A stretch of DNA of 64,000 bases from an uncultured bacterium (GTDB taxonomy: Bacteria > Krumholzibacteriota > Krumholzibacteriia > Krumholzibacteriales > Krumholzibacteriaceae). Position numbers and translations under genes: made by a program. Under the pieces are notes generated by a model that ran no database searches, was not told where the DNA came from, and saw nothing but the letters and a program-made list of their open reading frames with translations. The stretch covers positions 928,001 through 992,000 of the forward strand of contig CAWBAN010000001.1 of the NCBI GenBank assembly GCA_963786935.1, read 5' to 3'. Positions 1-10,108 of this stretch are shown one piece after another (position 1 is the first letter of the stretch; each line of letters starts with the position of its first letter).

Positions 1-329
1 TCGGGCATATGGAACTCCAAACGCCGCCCGAGCGCGAGTGCGGTGACGAGATCGATATCGTGGAAGGAGGCGAGGCGAGGGGTGATCCGGATATCGTCGG
101 GCCGCATCCTGAAAACGTCGCCGGGGCGCTCGCCGTCGAGCTGGATCGCGTCGACGATGAACGCCCGGTCGTACCCCTTCAGCATTTCGAGGAGATCGAG
201 GCCGGCGAGCTCGGCCTCGCGGACGTCCGCCGCGCCGCGGAGACGCTCCCCGAGGGCTCGCGCGACGTAGATGCCGACCCCGTCGTCGCGGAGAATCGTG
301 TTGCCGAGCCCGAGCACGATGGTTTTCAC
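1..329 (-). CDS. Hydrogenase maturation protease (HycI/HyaD family), partial, runs off the left edge
   Basis: Not in the ORF track. Manual translation from GTG at 329 gives MKTIVLGLGNTILRDDGVGIYVA...YDRAFIVDAI...SFHD, with the family GNxLxxDDGxG and DA motifs. Lies directly downstream of mvhA. Confidence 0.93.
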   Translation of the reverse strand, partial: MKTIVLGLGNTILRDDGVGIYVARALGERLRGAADVREAELAGLDLLEMLKGYDRAFIVDAIQLDGERPGDVFRMRPDDIRITPRLASFHDIDLVTALALGRRLEFHMP

Positions 330-359
330 GTTGCGGCGGCCCGTTCCGCCGAGGCGCCC

Positions 360-1820
360 CTACCTCGAGACGGTCCGGATCGTTTCCCCGGCCGCGTTCC
401 TGATCTCGATCGTGAGCGGCATCTGCCCCGGGAGGCTGTGCGTCGCGCAGCTGAAGCACGGATCGTAGATCCGGAACGCCATCTCCACCATGTTGAGAAG
501 GCCCTCCTTGACCTCGCCCCCCGCGCCGATGAATTTCTTCGCCGCTTTCCTGACCGCCATGGATATGGGCGCGTTGTTGTTCGTCGTCCCGACGATGAGA
601 TTCGCCTTCGTGACGATCCCCCGCTCGTCGGTCTTATAGTGATGCGTCAGCGTCCCGCGGGGCGCTTCGACGATCCCGACGCCCTCCGACGGCGTCGTCG
701 ACGGAATCACGCGCACGTTCGGATCGAGGATCTCGTCGTCGGCGGCGAGCTCGGCGAGCCGTTCGGCCGCGTAGAGGAGCTCGATCAGCCGCGCCCAATG
801 CATCGCCATAAGCTTGTGCACCGGCTTGCGGCCGAAGGTGGCGAACATCTTTTCGTAGGCCGCCTGCGCCCGCGGCGTCGCCATGCCGTCCGCAACGTTG
901 AAGCGGGCGAGCGGCGCCGCCTGGTACAGCGAGGTCCCCACGCCTTCCTTGAACCCCTGCCACCCGAGCTTCTTGAGATAGGGGAACTTGAGATACGTGT
1001 ACGGCTCGACGTGCTCCGCGACGTGGTCGAGATACTCGCGCTCGCGGTATCGGTCGATCTCCTTCCCGTCGGGATCCACGACGCGCACCGTGCCGTCGTA
1101 GAAGGTGACCCGGTTCTTGTCGTCCACGAGCCCCATGTAATTCGTCACGAGCTCGTAGCCGTCGCCGAGGATGATGTCGAGGTACGTCTTGTTCTTGAGC
1201 ACGACGTCGTCGAAGAGCTTCAGCCCGAACTCGCCGAACTGGATGAGACCGCTCGTGTACGCCCGTATCCGGTCCCGGTCCTCGCGCGCGAGCGGCCGCG
1301 TGACGCCGCCGGGGAGGTTCCAGACGGGGTGCGTGGCGCGCCCCCCGATCATCTGCTGAATCAGCTGGCTGATCTCCCGCTGGCGGATGACCTCGCGGCC
1401 GACGTCGATGCCGACCTTGTTCACGAGCCCGAGGATGTTGCGCTCGGCGGGCGGGGCATCGGGCCCCACGACGAAATCCGGGGCGGCGAGCGCGTAGAAA
1501 TGCGCCGTATGGCTGTGGATGTAATGCGCCATATAGTACATCTCGCGCAGCTTGGCGGCCGCCGCGGGAATCTTCACGTTGTATACTGCATCTACGGCCT
1601 TACCCGAGGCCATGTGGTGTGCGGCCGGTCAAACACCGCAGATGCGCGTGACCACCCGAGGGACCTCCTCGACGGGAAGGCCCTCCACGAACTTCTCGAA
1701 TCCCCGGAGCTCCGGGATCTGGAGGTACGCGTTCTCGACGGCGCCCTCGTCGTTCAAGAAGATCATGATCTTGCCGTGGCCTTCCAATCTGGTGATCGGG
1801 TCGATCGCGATGCGCTTCAT
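360..1820 (-). CDS. mvhA: Group 3c [NiFe]-hydrogenase large subunit (486 aa) with an in-frame UGA at codon 64, probably selenocysteine
   Basis: ATG at 1820 with a GAGGAGG RBS gives MKRIAIDPITRLEGHGKI...RGFEKF...RICGV, then TGA (1629-1631), then PAAHHMASGK in the same frame. Continues to EAPRGTLTHHY and DPCFSCATH plus a cleavable tail. The track splits it into two ORFs. Confidence 0.93.
1594..1613 (-). promoter_or_regulatory. Putative bacterial SECIS element
   Basis: The mRNA hairpin AUGGCCU-CGGGUA-AGGCCGU (7 bp, one G:U) starts 15 nt after the UGA. The loop starts 22 nt after the UGA and has G at its second position. Confidence 0.7.
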
Positions 1821-2770
1821 GCTCTCCTCCTCTTCAGTATCGAAGCAGCGAGGCTGAACCGGTGAAAGGTCCTCAGCGGATCCACGACCGTGTCCAGCGT
1901 CGCGTTGATATCCCGCTCCTCCTTCGCCTCGATGACGGAGGCGAGCGCGCTCACCATCTTGATGCCCTGATCGGGAACATCGTCGAGCGGGCCGTAGCAT
2001 CCCCGGCACGGCGTCCACGATTTGATGCAGCGCGAGCCGCAGCCGGACCGCGTCGCGGGGCCGAGGCAGATGAATCCCTGCTCGAGAAAGCAGATTTCCG
2101 GCTCGGGGAGCTTTTCGTGGGTCCGGTAAATCCGCTTGATCGTTTTTTCGCTCTTCTTTCGCTCGCATTCGTCGCAGAGCGCCCGATCCCCCGCCCCGAT
2201 CACGGAGCCCTTCTTCGGCAGCATGTCGTCGGCGAGGAGCCCGAGCGCCGAATAGATTTGGAGCGAGGCCGGCGGACAGCCCGGGATCGTGTAGTCGACG
2301 TCGACGACCTGATCGAGCGTCTTCACCGAATTGTAGAGACGCGGGAGCTCGAGATCGTATCCGCCGTCCTTCGATTGCTCGAGCGGCAGCACGCCCCCCT
2401 CGTTCGTCGTGGACTCGGATTCGAGGTACACGCGCTTCATGATCTCGTCCCGCGTGTACACGTTCGCGAGCCCCGGCACGCCGCCGAGCTGGGCGCACGC
2501 GCCGAGGGCGATCATGGCCTTCGCCTTCTTCCGCAGGAGCAGCGCGATCTCCTCGTTCTCGGAATTGCGCACCCCGCCGCTGAAGAGCACGGCGTCGAGG
2601 TAACCGTCCTTCATGGCGCGAACGTCGCTGTATTTGAAATCCATCGCGACGGGCCAGAAATAGATGTCGGCGAGGTCGGCGATCTCGAGCAGCTTCTCGT
2701 GCGTGTCGAGAATCGCCACGTCGCATCCGCCGCACGCCGCGCCCCAGTATATCCCGATCTTGAGCTTCAT
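1817..2770 (-). CDS. mvhG: Methyl-viologen-reducing hydrogenase small subunit
   Basis: CGGC, ALGACA, IPGCPP, LCDEC, CFLEQGFICLGPATRSGC and PCRGC motifs; ATGA overlap with mvhA. Confidence 0.93.
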   Translation of the reverse strand: MKLKIGIYWGAACGGCDVAILDTHEKLLEIADLADIYFWPVAMDFKYSDVRAMKDGYLDAVLFSGGVRNSENEEIALLLRKKAKAMIALGACAQLGGVPGLANVYTRDEIMKRVYLESESTTNEGGVLPLEQSKDGGYDLELPRLYNSVKTLDQVVDVDYTIPGCPPASLQIYSALGLLADDMLPKKGSVIGAGDRALCDECERKKSEKTIKRIYRTHEKLPEPEICFLEQGFICLGPATRSGCGSRCIKSWTPCRGCYGPLDDVPDQGIKMVSALASVIEAKEERDINATLDTVVDPLRTFHRFSLAASILKRRRA

Positions 2771-3249
2771 CTCGCCTCTCCGGTTGATGCCTGCCGTTCA
2801 TCGCCGTGATGCGCGACATCCGTTTTCATGCTCTCGAAGAGCGATTCCTTGATCCCGAGCGGGCCGAGCTTCCTGATTTCCTCGGTGAATTCGTCGACGA
2901 CGTGCCCGAACCGCTCCCCTTCCGACGCCGAGACCCACTCGAGGCGCACGCGCTCCGGCTCGATCCCGTACTGCGGGAGCACGCGCTTGAGCATGAGATA
3001 GCGCCGGAGCGCCTTGTAGTTGCCTTCCTGATAATGGCAGTCGCCCGGATGACACCCGCCGATGAGCACGCCGTCCGCCCCCTCGAAGAGCGCCTTGACC
3101 ACGAACACGGGATCGACGCGGCCGCTGCACATGACGCGGATCGAGCGGATGTTCGGGCTGTACTTGACGCGCGCCGTTCCGGCGAGATCCGCGCCCGTGT
3201 ACGTGCACCAGTTACAGAGAAAACCCACGATTCTCGGTTCGAACGCCAT
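2767..3249 (-). CDS. mvhD: Hydrogenase/heterodisulfide reductase [2Fe-2S] subunit D
   Basis: FLCNWCTY, RVMCSGRV, GCHPGDCHY and WVSASEG motifs. Confidence 0.95.
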   Translation of the reverse strand: MAFEPRIVGFLCNWCTYTGADLAGTARVKYSPNIRSIRVMCSGRVDPVFVVKALFEGADGVLIGGCHPGDCHYQEGNYKALRRYLMLKRVLPQYGIEPERVRLEWVSASEGERFGHVVDEFTEEIRKLGPLGIKESLFESMKTDVAHHGDERQASTGEAR

Positions 3250-3275
3250 TCCTCATTCCTCTCGTGCGAGGGACG

Positions 3276-5255
3276 TCACCCGGCGGACAGGATTCCCTCG
3301 ATCTCGGCGAAGATCTGCCTGTTGCTGAAATGCTTCGCCCGTATCGCGTTGCTCGGGCAGGCGGCGACGCACGTGCCGCATCCCTTGCAGAGCGCCTCGT
3401 TGATGATCGACACCTTCTTCTCCTCGTCGAACCGGATCGCGAGATACGGACAGAGGTTGTTGCAGATCCGGCATCCGGAGCATTTCTCCTCCTCGATCTC
3501 CGCCGTCGCCGATTCGATTTCGATCTTCTCGCGCATGATCATCGAGAGCACGGCGCTCGAGGCCGCCGAGGCCTGCGCCACCGTGTCGGGGATGTCCTTC
3601 GGCGACTGGCACGCGCCAACGATGAAGACGCCGTCAGTCGCGGTCGACACGGGACCGAGCTTCGGATGCTTCTCGATGAGGAACCCGTCCTTGCCGATGC
3701 TCACGCTGCACATCTTGGCGACCTCGGCGAGCCCTTTCGGCGCCTCGAGGCCCGTGCAGAGCACGACCATATCGACGGGGATCCGCCGGACGACGCCGAC
3801 GAGCGTGTCCTCGACGCGCACGACGAGCTTCCCCTGCTCCCCCTCGTGGATCGGCATGTCGGTCACTTCGCCGACCTTGCCGCGGATGAACCGCACGTCC
3901 TCGCCGAGGAGCCGGTCGTAGAATTCCTCGTATCCCTTCCCGAAGCAGCGGAGATCGATGTAGAAGTTGTACACCTCCGCCTTCGTCTTTTCCTTGATGA
4001 GATGGGCGAACTTGAGCGCGTACATGCAGCAGACGCGCGAGCAGTACTCGTGGTAATCCTTGTCGCGGCTCCCGATGCAGTGGATGATGCCGATCGCCTT
4101 CGGCTCGGAGCCGTCGGCGAGGACGATCTTCCCGTTCGTGGAGCCCGCCGCGCAGTTCATCATCTCGAACTCGAGCGCGGTGACGACGTTCGGGAGAATC
4201 CCGTAGCGGTACCGCTTCATGACGGACGGATCGAACGTCTGGAGCCCGGCGGCGATGATGATGTTGCCGACCTCGAACTCGTGGATCCGGTCCTCCATGT
4301 CGAACTTGATCGCGTGCCGCTCGCAGACCTTCTCGCACGTCCTGCACTTCCCCTTCTGGAAATAGGTGCAGGTGCTCCGGTCGATGACCGGCACCGCGGG
4401 AACGGCCTGCATGAACGGCATGTAGATCGACGTCGTCGGGCCGAGCGAGAGCTTCTCGTGCGCGTTGCCCTTGCGCGGAACCCGTGTGCCGGGGCATTTC
4501 TCCCAGCACATCCCGCACCCGTTGCAGAGCTCGCGGTCGACGTACCGCGCCTTCTCGCGCACCTTCACCTTGAAGTTGCCCACGAACCCGCTCACCTCGG
4601 CGAGCTCGGAGTACGAAAGCAGCGTGATGTTCTTGTGCTGGCCGACCTGCACCATGCGCGGCGTGAGAATGCACGCGGCGCAATCGAGGGTCGGGAACGT
4701 CTTGTCGAATTTCGCCATGTGGCCGCCGATGGACGGATCGCGCTCCACGAGGACGACCTCTTTGCCCGCCTCGGCGAGATCGAGCGCCGCCTGAATGCCG
4801 GCGATGCCGCCGCCGATGACGAGGGTCCGCGGATTGATCGGAACGACCCGCTTCTCGAGCGGCTCGAGCCACGTCGATCGCGCCGTCGCGGCCGCGATGA
4901 GCGCCTTCGCTTTCTCCGTGGAGGCGGCCTCGTCGAGATGCACCCAGGAGCATTGCTCCCGGATGTTGGCCATCGTGAAGAGGTACGGATTGACGCCGGA
5001 ACGCTCGCATACCTTCCGGAAGGTGTTCTCGTGCATGAGCGGCGAGCAGGAAGCGACGACCACGCGGTCGACGACGCCCTCCTTGATGTCCTTCTCGATC
5101 ATCGCCTGGCCGGGATCCGAGCACATGAACTTGTAATCGCGCACGATCGCCACGTTCTCGAGCCCCTTCGCGAACGCGACGACCGCGTCGATATCGACTT
5201 TGCCGGCGATGTTGGTGCCGCAATGACAGACGTACACTCCGATGCGCTCAGCCAT
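3276..5255 (-). CDS. hdrA: Heterodisulfide reductase subunit A (FAD, Fe-S)
   Basis: VYVCHCGTNIA, NIREQCSWVH, GGGIAG, DKTFPTLDCAAC, YCSRVCC, GACQSPKDI motifs and C-terminal ferredoxin motifs. Confidence 0.96.
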   Translation of the reverse strand: MAERIGVYVCHCGTNIAGKVDIDAVVAFAKGLENVAIVRDYKFMCSDPGQAMIEKDIKEGVVDRVVVASCSPLMHENTFRKVCERSGVNPYLFTMANIREQCSWVHLDEAASTEKAKALIAAATARSTWLEPLEKRVVPINPRTLVIGGGIAGIQAALDLAEAGKEVVLVERDPSIGGHMAKFDKTFPTLDCAACILTPRMVQVGQHKNITLLSYSELAEVSGFVGNFKVKVREKARYVDRELCNGCGMCWEKCPGTRVPRKGNAHEKLSLGPTTSIYMPFMQAVPAVPVIDRSTCTYFQKGKCRTCEKVCERHAIKFDMEDRIHEFEVGNIIIAAGLQTFDPSVMKRYRYGILPNVVTALEFEMMNCAAGSTNGKIVLADGSEPKAIGIIHCIGSRDKDYHEYCSRVCCMYALKFAHLIKEKTKAEVYNFYIDLRCFGKGYEEFYDRLLGEDVRFIRGKVGEVTDMPIHEGEQGKLVVRVEDTLVGVVRRIPVDMVVLCTGLEAPKGLAEVAKMCSVSIGKDGFLIEKHPKLGPVSTATDGVFIVGACQSPKDIPDTVAQASAASSAVLSMIMREKIEIESATAEIEEEKCSGCRICNNLCPYLAIRFDEEKKVSIINEALCKGCGTCVAACPSNAIRAKHFSNRQIFAEIEGILSAG

Positions 5256-6132
5256 TGTTCGCTCCCTCGAATATCCGTTTCATGGGCCCGGTGAGCTTGA
5301 CCGCGAGCCGGCCGAGGCCGAGATCGCGGAGCGGCAGACCGAGCGAAACGCCGATCAGCTGGGTGAAATAGAGAACGGGAATCTCGAATTTCGTTTTGAA
5401 GAGGCGGTTGACCTTGCCCTGGTACACGTCGAGGTTCATCTGGCAGAGCGGGCAGATCGTCACGATGCAGTGCGCGCCGTTCTGCTGCGCGTCCAGGAGG
5501 AGGTTCTTGCAGAGCCGGAGCGCGAGATCCTCCTGCGTGCCCATGAGCGACGCACCGCAGCACGCCGTTTTCATCCGGTAGTCGACGCACTCGCCCCCGA
5601 GCGCCTCGACGAGCCTGTTCATCGTCGTCGGCTCGTCCGGATCGTCGAAGCCCGAATCGGGCCTCACGATCTGGCATCCGTAGTACGGCGCCACCTTGAG
5701 GCCCGCGAGCTTCTTCTTCGTGAGCGAGGCCATCTTCTCGTAGCCGATGTCGTTGCAGATAACGTCGAGCAGATGCCGCACGCGCAGATTTCCGCTGTAG
5801 CTGAGCCCCCCCGCCTCGAGCGCCTTTCCGATCTTTACCCGAAGATCGGGGTAGTCGGCGAAGTAATGATTCGTCTTGTTGAGCACCGTGTAGCACGCGC
5901 TGCACGGCGTGACGACGTCGCGGTGGTGCTTCTCGGCGATCGCGAGATTGCGCGCCGAGATGGCGAAGCTCATGAGCTCCTTGACCGACATGTACGCGGT
6001 CGCGCCGCAGCAGTTCCAGTCCTCGAGCTCCTCGAGCTCGAGCCCCAGCGCGGGCGCGATCGCGGCGATCGAGTCGCGGTAGATGTTCGCGGTCGCGTTG
6101 ACGGAGCATCCCGGATAGTAGGTGTATTTCAT
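5248..6132 (-). CDS. hdrB: Heterodisulfide reductase subunit B (CCG domains)
   Basis: YYPGCS, WNCCGA, YYGCQ, CCGAS and CPLCQMNLD motifs. Confidence 0.95.
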   Translation of the reverse strand: MKYTYYPGCSVNATANIYRDSIAAIAPALGLELEELEDWNCCGATAYMSVKELMSFAISARNLAIAEKHHRDVVTPCSACYTVLNKTNHYFADYPDLRVKIGKALEAGGLSYSGNLRVRHLLDVICNDIGYEKMASLTKKKLAGLKVAPYYGCQIVRPDSGFDDPDEPTTMNRLVEALGGECVDYRMKTACCGASLMGTQEDLALRLCKNLLLDAQQNGAHCIVTICPLCQMNLDVYQGKVNRLFKTKFEIPVLYFTQLIGVSLGLPLRDLGLGRLAVKLTGPMKRIFEGANNG

Positions 6133-6708
6133 CTAGATCTCCCCGAGCTCGTCCACTTTCCTGAGTATCTTCTTGAGCTGATCCATGTTTTTCATTCGGT
6201 GCGGCAGCAGCGGCAGGCGCTTGTTCACGAAAAGCGTCCAGCCCTGCGGCACGAACTTGAAGGCGTTGAAGAGATCGGCCTCGAGAATGTAGCGCGCCAT
6301 CAGCTCCGTCTCGTGGTTGCGGCCGTACGTGTTCACCATCCGCGCGAAGTTCTTGGAAAGAACGACCGCTTTCTTGCCCTTCGTCTTGCCCTCCTTGACG
6401 GCGAGCCGCTTCAGCGCGTACATGACGTCCGTGATCTTGATATCCTTCGGGCACCGGACCGCGCACGTGTAGCAGGAGGAACAGAACCAGATCGTGTTGG
6501 ACGACAGCACTTCATCCCGGAAGCCCGCCCTGATGAGGGAAAACATCTTGCGGGGGCCGTAATCCATCACGTAGCTGAGCGGGCAGGAGCTGCTGCACGT
6601 TCCGCATTGGATGCATTTCTTGATCTCCCTCCCTCCGGGCAGCGCGTAGATCTCTGAGAGGAAATCATGATCAAGCTTGTATTCGGCGACAATGTCCCGG
6701 TCGAGCAT
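6133..6708 (-). CDS. hdrC: Heterodisulfide reductase subunit C
   Basis: CIQCGTCSSSCP and WFCSSCYTCAVRCP motifs. Confidence 0.94.
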   Translation of the reverse strand: MLDRDIVAEYKLDHDFLSEIYALPGGREIKKCIQCGTCSSSCPLSYVMDYGPRKMFSLIRAGFRDEVLSSNTIWFCSSCYTCAVRCPKDIKITDVMYALKRLAVKEGKTKGKKAVVLSKNFARMVNTYGRNHETELMARYILEADLFNAFKFVPQGWTLFVNKRLPLLPHRMKNMDQLKKILRKVDELGEI

Positions 6709-6787
6709 CGCGACTCCTGATCTTGTTGAGTGGCTCTACGTTTCACGCGGCGTCACATGCCGGCTGCCGCCGCTATTCGAGTGACCC

Positions 6788-6815
6788 ATCATACCGATAT
6801 CTCTTGAAAAGTCAA
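6788..6815 (-). promoter_or_regulatory. Putative sigma70 promoter of the hdr-mvh operon
   Basis: TTGACT-16 nt-TATGAT about 80 nt upstream of hdrC. Confidence 0.5.
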
Positions 6816-7044
6816 CGATAATGTAAGGGATTCGAGCGGCGGGCGCAACCGCTTTCACCCCTGCCGGTTCACAACTCTTTGTCGTATGGATCGATATATC
6901 ACCGCTTGAGCCCTTCCCCCCTCTTTTGTATTGTCCGGGAAGCCTCCGGCTGCGATATTATTGATACGGCGGCCGTTGCCGAATCCGCGGCCCGTTTCGA
7001 AATATGTCCTCCGAAGCATGCGCACGGCGGATAAAGGATCCATT

Positions 7045-8187
7045 ATGAAACCTGCCCCGCTGATCTTCCTCGTTTTCGCGGCATTATCGACGGCCGCCGG
7101 CTGCGGTCCCGACAAGGCGATCAGGTATTACAATCTCGGCATCGAAGCCGCCAAGCGAGAGGATTATGCCGAGGCCGCCCGGCTGTGGAGCGAGGCGATC
7201 AAATATCGGCCGGACGATCCCGAGGCTCGGTACAACCTCGGTGCTGCACTCGTCCAGCTGAAGCGCTACGCGGAGGCCGAGCCGCACCTCCGGAGAGCCA
7301 TCGAGCTCAACTCGCTCGACGCCGACGCGCACCAGATGCTCGGCGCGTGCCTCGAAAAGCTGGATCGACTGCCCGAAGCGAAGAAGGAATACGATTTCGC
7401 GCTGACCGTCAAGCCCACCAATGTCCCGTCGCTCGTCGGGCTCGCCAGAATCGCCCTCACGGAAGGCCAGAACCGATCGGCGGAGAACTACGCGGCTCGC
7501 GCCTCCGCCCTCGATCCGGGCAACCTCGAAGCGAACATGCTCCTCGCCGAGGCGTATTTCCGGAACGGCGATTTCAACTCGGCGTACGGACAGATCCTCT
7601 CGGCCCAGAAGCTCGGCACCGCCAACGCCTCGCTCTACTTCCTCACCGGCAAGATCGCATACTCGCGCCGGATGTACGAAGACGCCCTCGACGCGCTGCG
7701 GTCGGCGCGCGCCCTCGGCTCCTCCACGGACGAGCTCTTCCGCTACCTCGGCCTCACGAACCTCGCGCTCGGCGACTTCGGGGAGGCGGAAAAGGCGTTC
7801 CGGCTTTCGATCTACAAGAACCGGGAAAACGCCAAGACATGGAACGGGCTCGCCGAGACCTACATCAGCGAGAAGCGCTGGCGCGAGGCGGGCGAAGCGG
7901 TCGACGAGGCCGCGCGGATCGATCCGTCCGATCCGGAGACGCTCCTCCACCGCGCGTCCGTGCGCATGGGGACCGGGGATCCGGCGGGCGCCGTCGGCAC
8001 GCTCGAGACGCTGCGCGCGCAAGCGAAGTACCCGCCGATCGCCGACTATTATCTGGGGCACGCGTATCTCAGGATCGGAGAAAACGCCCAGGCCCGCGCC
8101 GCGTTCCAGCGGTTCATCGAGACCTGGGAAGGGGATCAAGCCCTCGCCGACGAGGCGAAAGCCACGTCGGACCGTCTAGCTCCCTGA
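7045..8187 (+). CDS. TPR-repeat lipoprotein
   Basis: Signal peptide ending AAGC; many TPR units (e.g. ARYNLGAALVQLKRYAEA, YYLGHAYLRIG). Confidence 0.85.
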   Translation: MKPAPLIFLVFAALSTAAGCGPDKAIRYYNLGIEAAKREDYAEAARLWSEAIKYRPDDPEARYNLGAALVQLKRYAEAEPHLRRAIELNSLDADAHQMLGACLEKLDRLPEAKKEYDFALTVKPTNVPSLVGLARIALTEGQNRSAENYAARASALDPGNLEANMLLAEAYFRNGDFNSAYGQILSAQKLGTANASLYFLTGKIAYSRRMYEDALDALRSARALGSSTDELFRYLGLTNLALGDFGEAEKAFRLSIYKNRENAKTWNGLAETYISEKRWREAGEAVDEAARIDPSDPETLLHRASVRMGTGDPAGAVGTLETLRAQAKYPPIADYYLGHAYLRIGENAQARAAFQRFIETWEGDQALADEAKATSDRLAP

Positions 8188-9090
8188 CGCGGCCCGCTCC
8201 TTCGCCCGCGCCGCTTCCGGACTCATCCGCATCACGAGATAGATTCCCGCGAGAATCGCCGCGCCGCCGACGATCTCGGTCGCCATCGGCCGTTCCCCCA
8301 GAAGAACGAGTGCGAGCACACTCGCGCCGACCGGCTCGCCCAGTGCCGCGATCGCGACCACGGTCGCCTCGAGATGCTTGAGCGCCCAGTTGAAGAGCGT
8401 ATGCCCGACGATCTGGCACACGAGCGCCATGGCGAAGCACACCGCGTAGCACTTCCACCCGCATCCGGCGAGGGAGGCGCCCGCACCGAGCGCCGCCGCC
8501 GCGAGCAGGACGGCCGCGCACGCGTACACCGGAAAGACGTATGCGAGGAGCGAGAGCCTGCCGCGCAACCGCGCGCCGACGAGAAAATATCCGGCGAACG
8601 CGACCGCGCCCCCGAGCGCGAGGATATCTCCTTTCCATCGCGCTCCCCCCGCGGCGGCGTCCCGCCCGCCGATGATCGCGCCCCCGAGCATCGCGACGAC
8701 GAGACCGATCCAGCAGACGAGCGAGATCCGTTTCCGGAGCACGACGGCCGTGAACAGCGCGACCCAGAGGGGGTTCGTCGTGACGAACACGACGCTGCTC
8801 GTCACCCCGGTGTACGAGAGCGACGCGATCCAGAGGTAGAAATGGAGCGCGAGGAAGAGGCCCGAGACGGCGAGGAGCCGGCGGTCGCGGCCCGAGAGCC
8901 GCGCCATCTCCTCCCGCGTCGCTCGTGAGGCGAGCACGAACGGCAGGAGAATGAGCGCCGAGAAGATCATCCTGAGCGCGGCGACCGTCGGAGCGGGAGC
9001 GCCGGCGACGCGCACGAAAATGGAGCCGAACGAAACGGCGACGATCCCCGCCCCGAGCGCTTGAAACAGCAGCGCCGCGTGTGCTCTCAT
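8176..9090 (-). CDS. DMT/EamA family transporter
   Basis: About 10 hydrophobic segments; GDILAL, GHTLFNWALK and EPVGA motifs. Confidence 0.9.
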   Translation of the reverse strand: MRAHAALLFQALGAGIVAVSFGSIFVRVAGAPAPTVAALRMIFSALILLPFVLASRATREEMARLSGRDRRLLAVSGLFLALHFYLWIASLSYTGVTSSVVFVTTNPLWVALFTAVVLRKRISLVCWIGLVVAMLGGAIIGGRDAAAGGARWKGDILALGGAVAFAGYFLVGARLRGRLSLLAYVFPVYACAAVLLAAAALGAGASLAGCGWKCYAVCFAMALVCQIVGHTLFNWALKHLEATVVAIAALGEPVGASVLALVLLGERPMATEIVGGAAILAGIYLVMRMSPEAARAKERAASGS

Positions 9091-9193
9091 ACCGGTGTTT
9101 CCCGCCGCGCCGGCCCGGCGGTCCGCCCCTTTCGCTTCGGCGGTTGAATTGTATTGAACGGCCCGCCGCGTTCAAGTAGATTCTCCTTCCGGT

Positions 9194-9973
9194 ATGAACG
9201 AGGAACGCAAACCGATTCCCCCCGACAGGGTCCTCGGCGACGAATGGCTCGACTGGAAAGGGAGCGACGCGCCCTCCCGGATCACCGAGGGAACGCGCAC
9301 CTATCTCGCGCTCTCGTTCGCCGTGCTCGCCGGATTCGTCCTCCTCGGGGCGCTCTTCTGGTACCTGGTCCTCCCCCGCTTCGAGCAGTACGGACGCCTC
9401 TACGCGGCGATCCTCACCGCCGCCGTCGCCGGCGGAGCCGCGTTCTTCCTCGTGTGGTACGCGCTCCTCATCGGCGCGGTCGTCTCCCAGCGAATCTACC
9501 TCGCGATCTGTCTCCGGCGCGGCGGCAACCTCCTCGTCATGCTCTTTCCCGCGGTGGCCCGGCTCGCGCGTTCGTTCGGCATCTCGCGCGACCGGCTCGG
9601 CCACTCGTTCATCGAGGTGAGCAACCGGCTGGCCGCGCCGCGGCGCGCGGACGGCGCCGTGCTCGCGCTCATCCCGCGCTGCCTGTCGAAGGACCTGAAA
9701 CGCGACGTGAAGCGGATCTGCGACGAAAGCCCCGGGGTGATCCTGCATACGGCTCCCGGCGGAACGCAGGCGCGCTCGATCATCCGCGACATCAGGCCCC
9801 GTGCGATCGTCGCCGTCGCGTGCGAGCGGGACCTCGTCTCGGGCATCCACGACGTCGCGCCGCTCATACCCATCATCGGCATCCCCAACACGCGGCCGCT
9901 CGGCCCGTGCAAGGACACGGTGATCGACATCGAGAAATTCCGATCCGCCATTCTCTTCTTCACCCGCGCATAG
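9194..9973 (+). CDS. DUF116 domain membrane protein
   Basis: N-terminal TM segments; PRCL, GGT.AR, AVACERDL.SG and GPCKDT motifs. Confidence 0.8.
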   Translation: MNEERKPIPPDRVLGDEWLDWKGSDAPSRITEGTRTYLALSFAVLAGFVLLGALFWYLVLPRFEQYGRLYAAILTAAVAGGAAFFLVWYALLIGAVVSQRIYLAICLRRGGNLLVMLFPAVARLARSFGISRDRLGHSFIEVSNRLAAPRRADGAVLALIPRCLSKDLKRDVKRICDESPGVILHTAPGGTQARSIIRDIRPRAIVAVACERDLVSGIHDVAPLIPIIGIPNTRPLGPCKDTVIDIEKFRSAILFFTRA

Positions 9974-10108
9974 CCCGCTCCATGGCACGGTTATTGAATG
10001 TACCCCCCCCGGGACCGGCGGCACACGCCCCGGACCGGCCGACATCCGACCGGTCCGGCCAATCGCCGTGCACACGCTCCGTCCGCTTCGGAGCAAGGAG
10101 TGCTCGCA

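Noticed and set aside
360..1613. mvhA as a separate 417-aa gene or as a pseudogene
   Set aside because: It would lack the N-terminal Ni ligands. The upstream part is in frame, the stop falls exactly on a conserved Cys, and a SECIS-like hairpin follows.
9..1865. 618-aa plus-strand ORF and similar long ORFs (e.g. 3264-5294, 37404-40514, 50699-54931)
   Set aside because: Antisense shadows of well-supported genes, expected at high GC3; no recognisable motifs.
6804..6815. TTGAAAAGTCAA as an FNR-like box
   Set aside because: Spacing does not match TTGAT-N4-ATCAA, and half of it is the predicted -35 element.
10010..10068. GC-rich hairpin CCGGACCGG...CCGGTCCGG as a riboswitch or ncRNA
   Set aside because: Short, no recognisable aptamer, and plausible as a terminator or by chance at this GC content.
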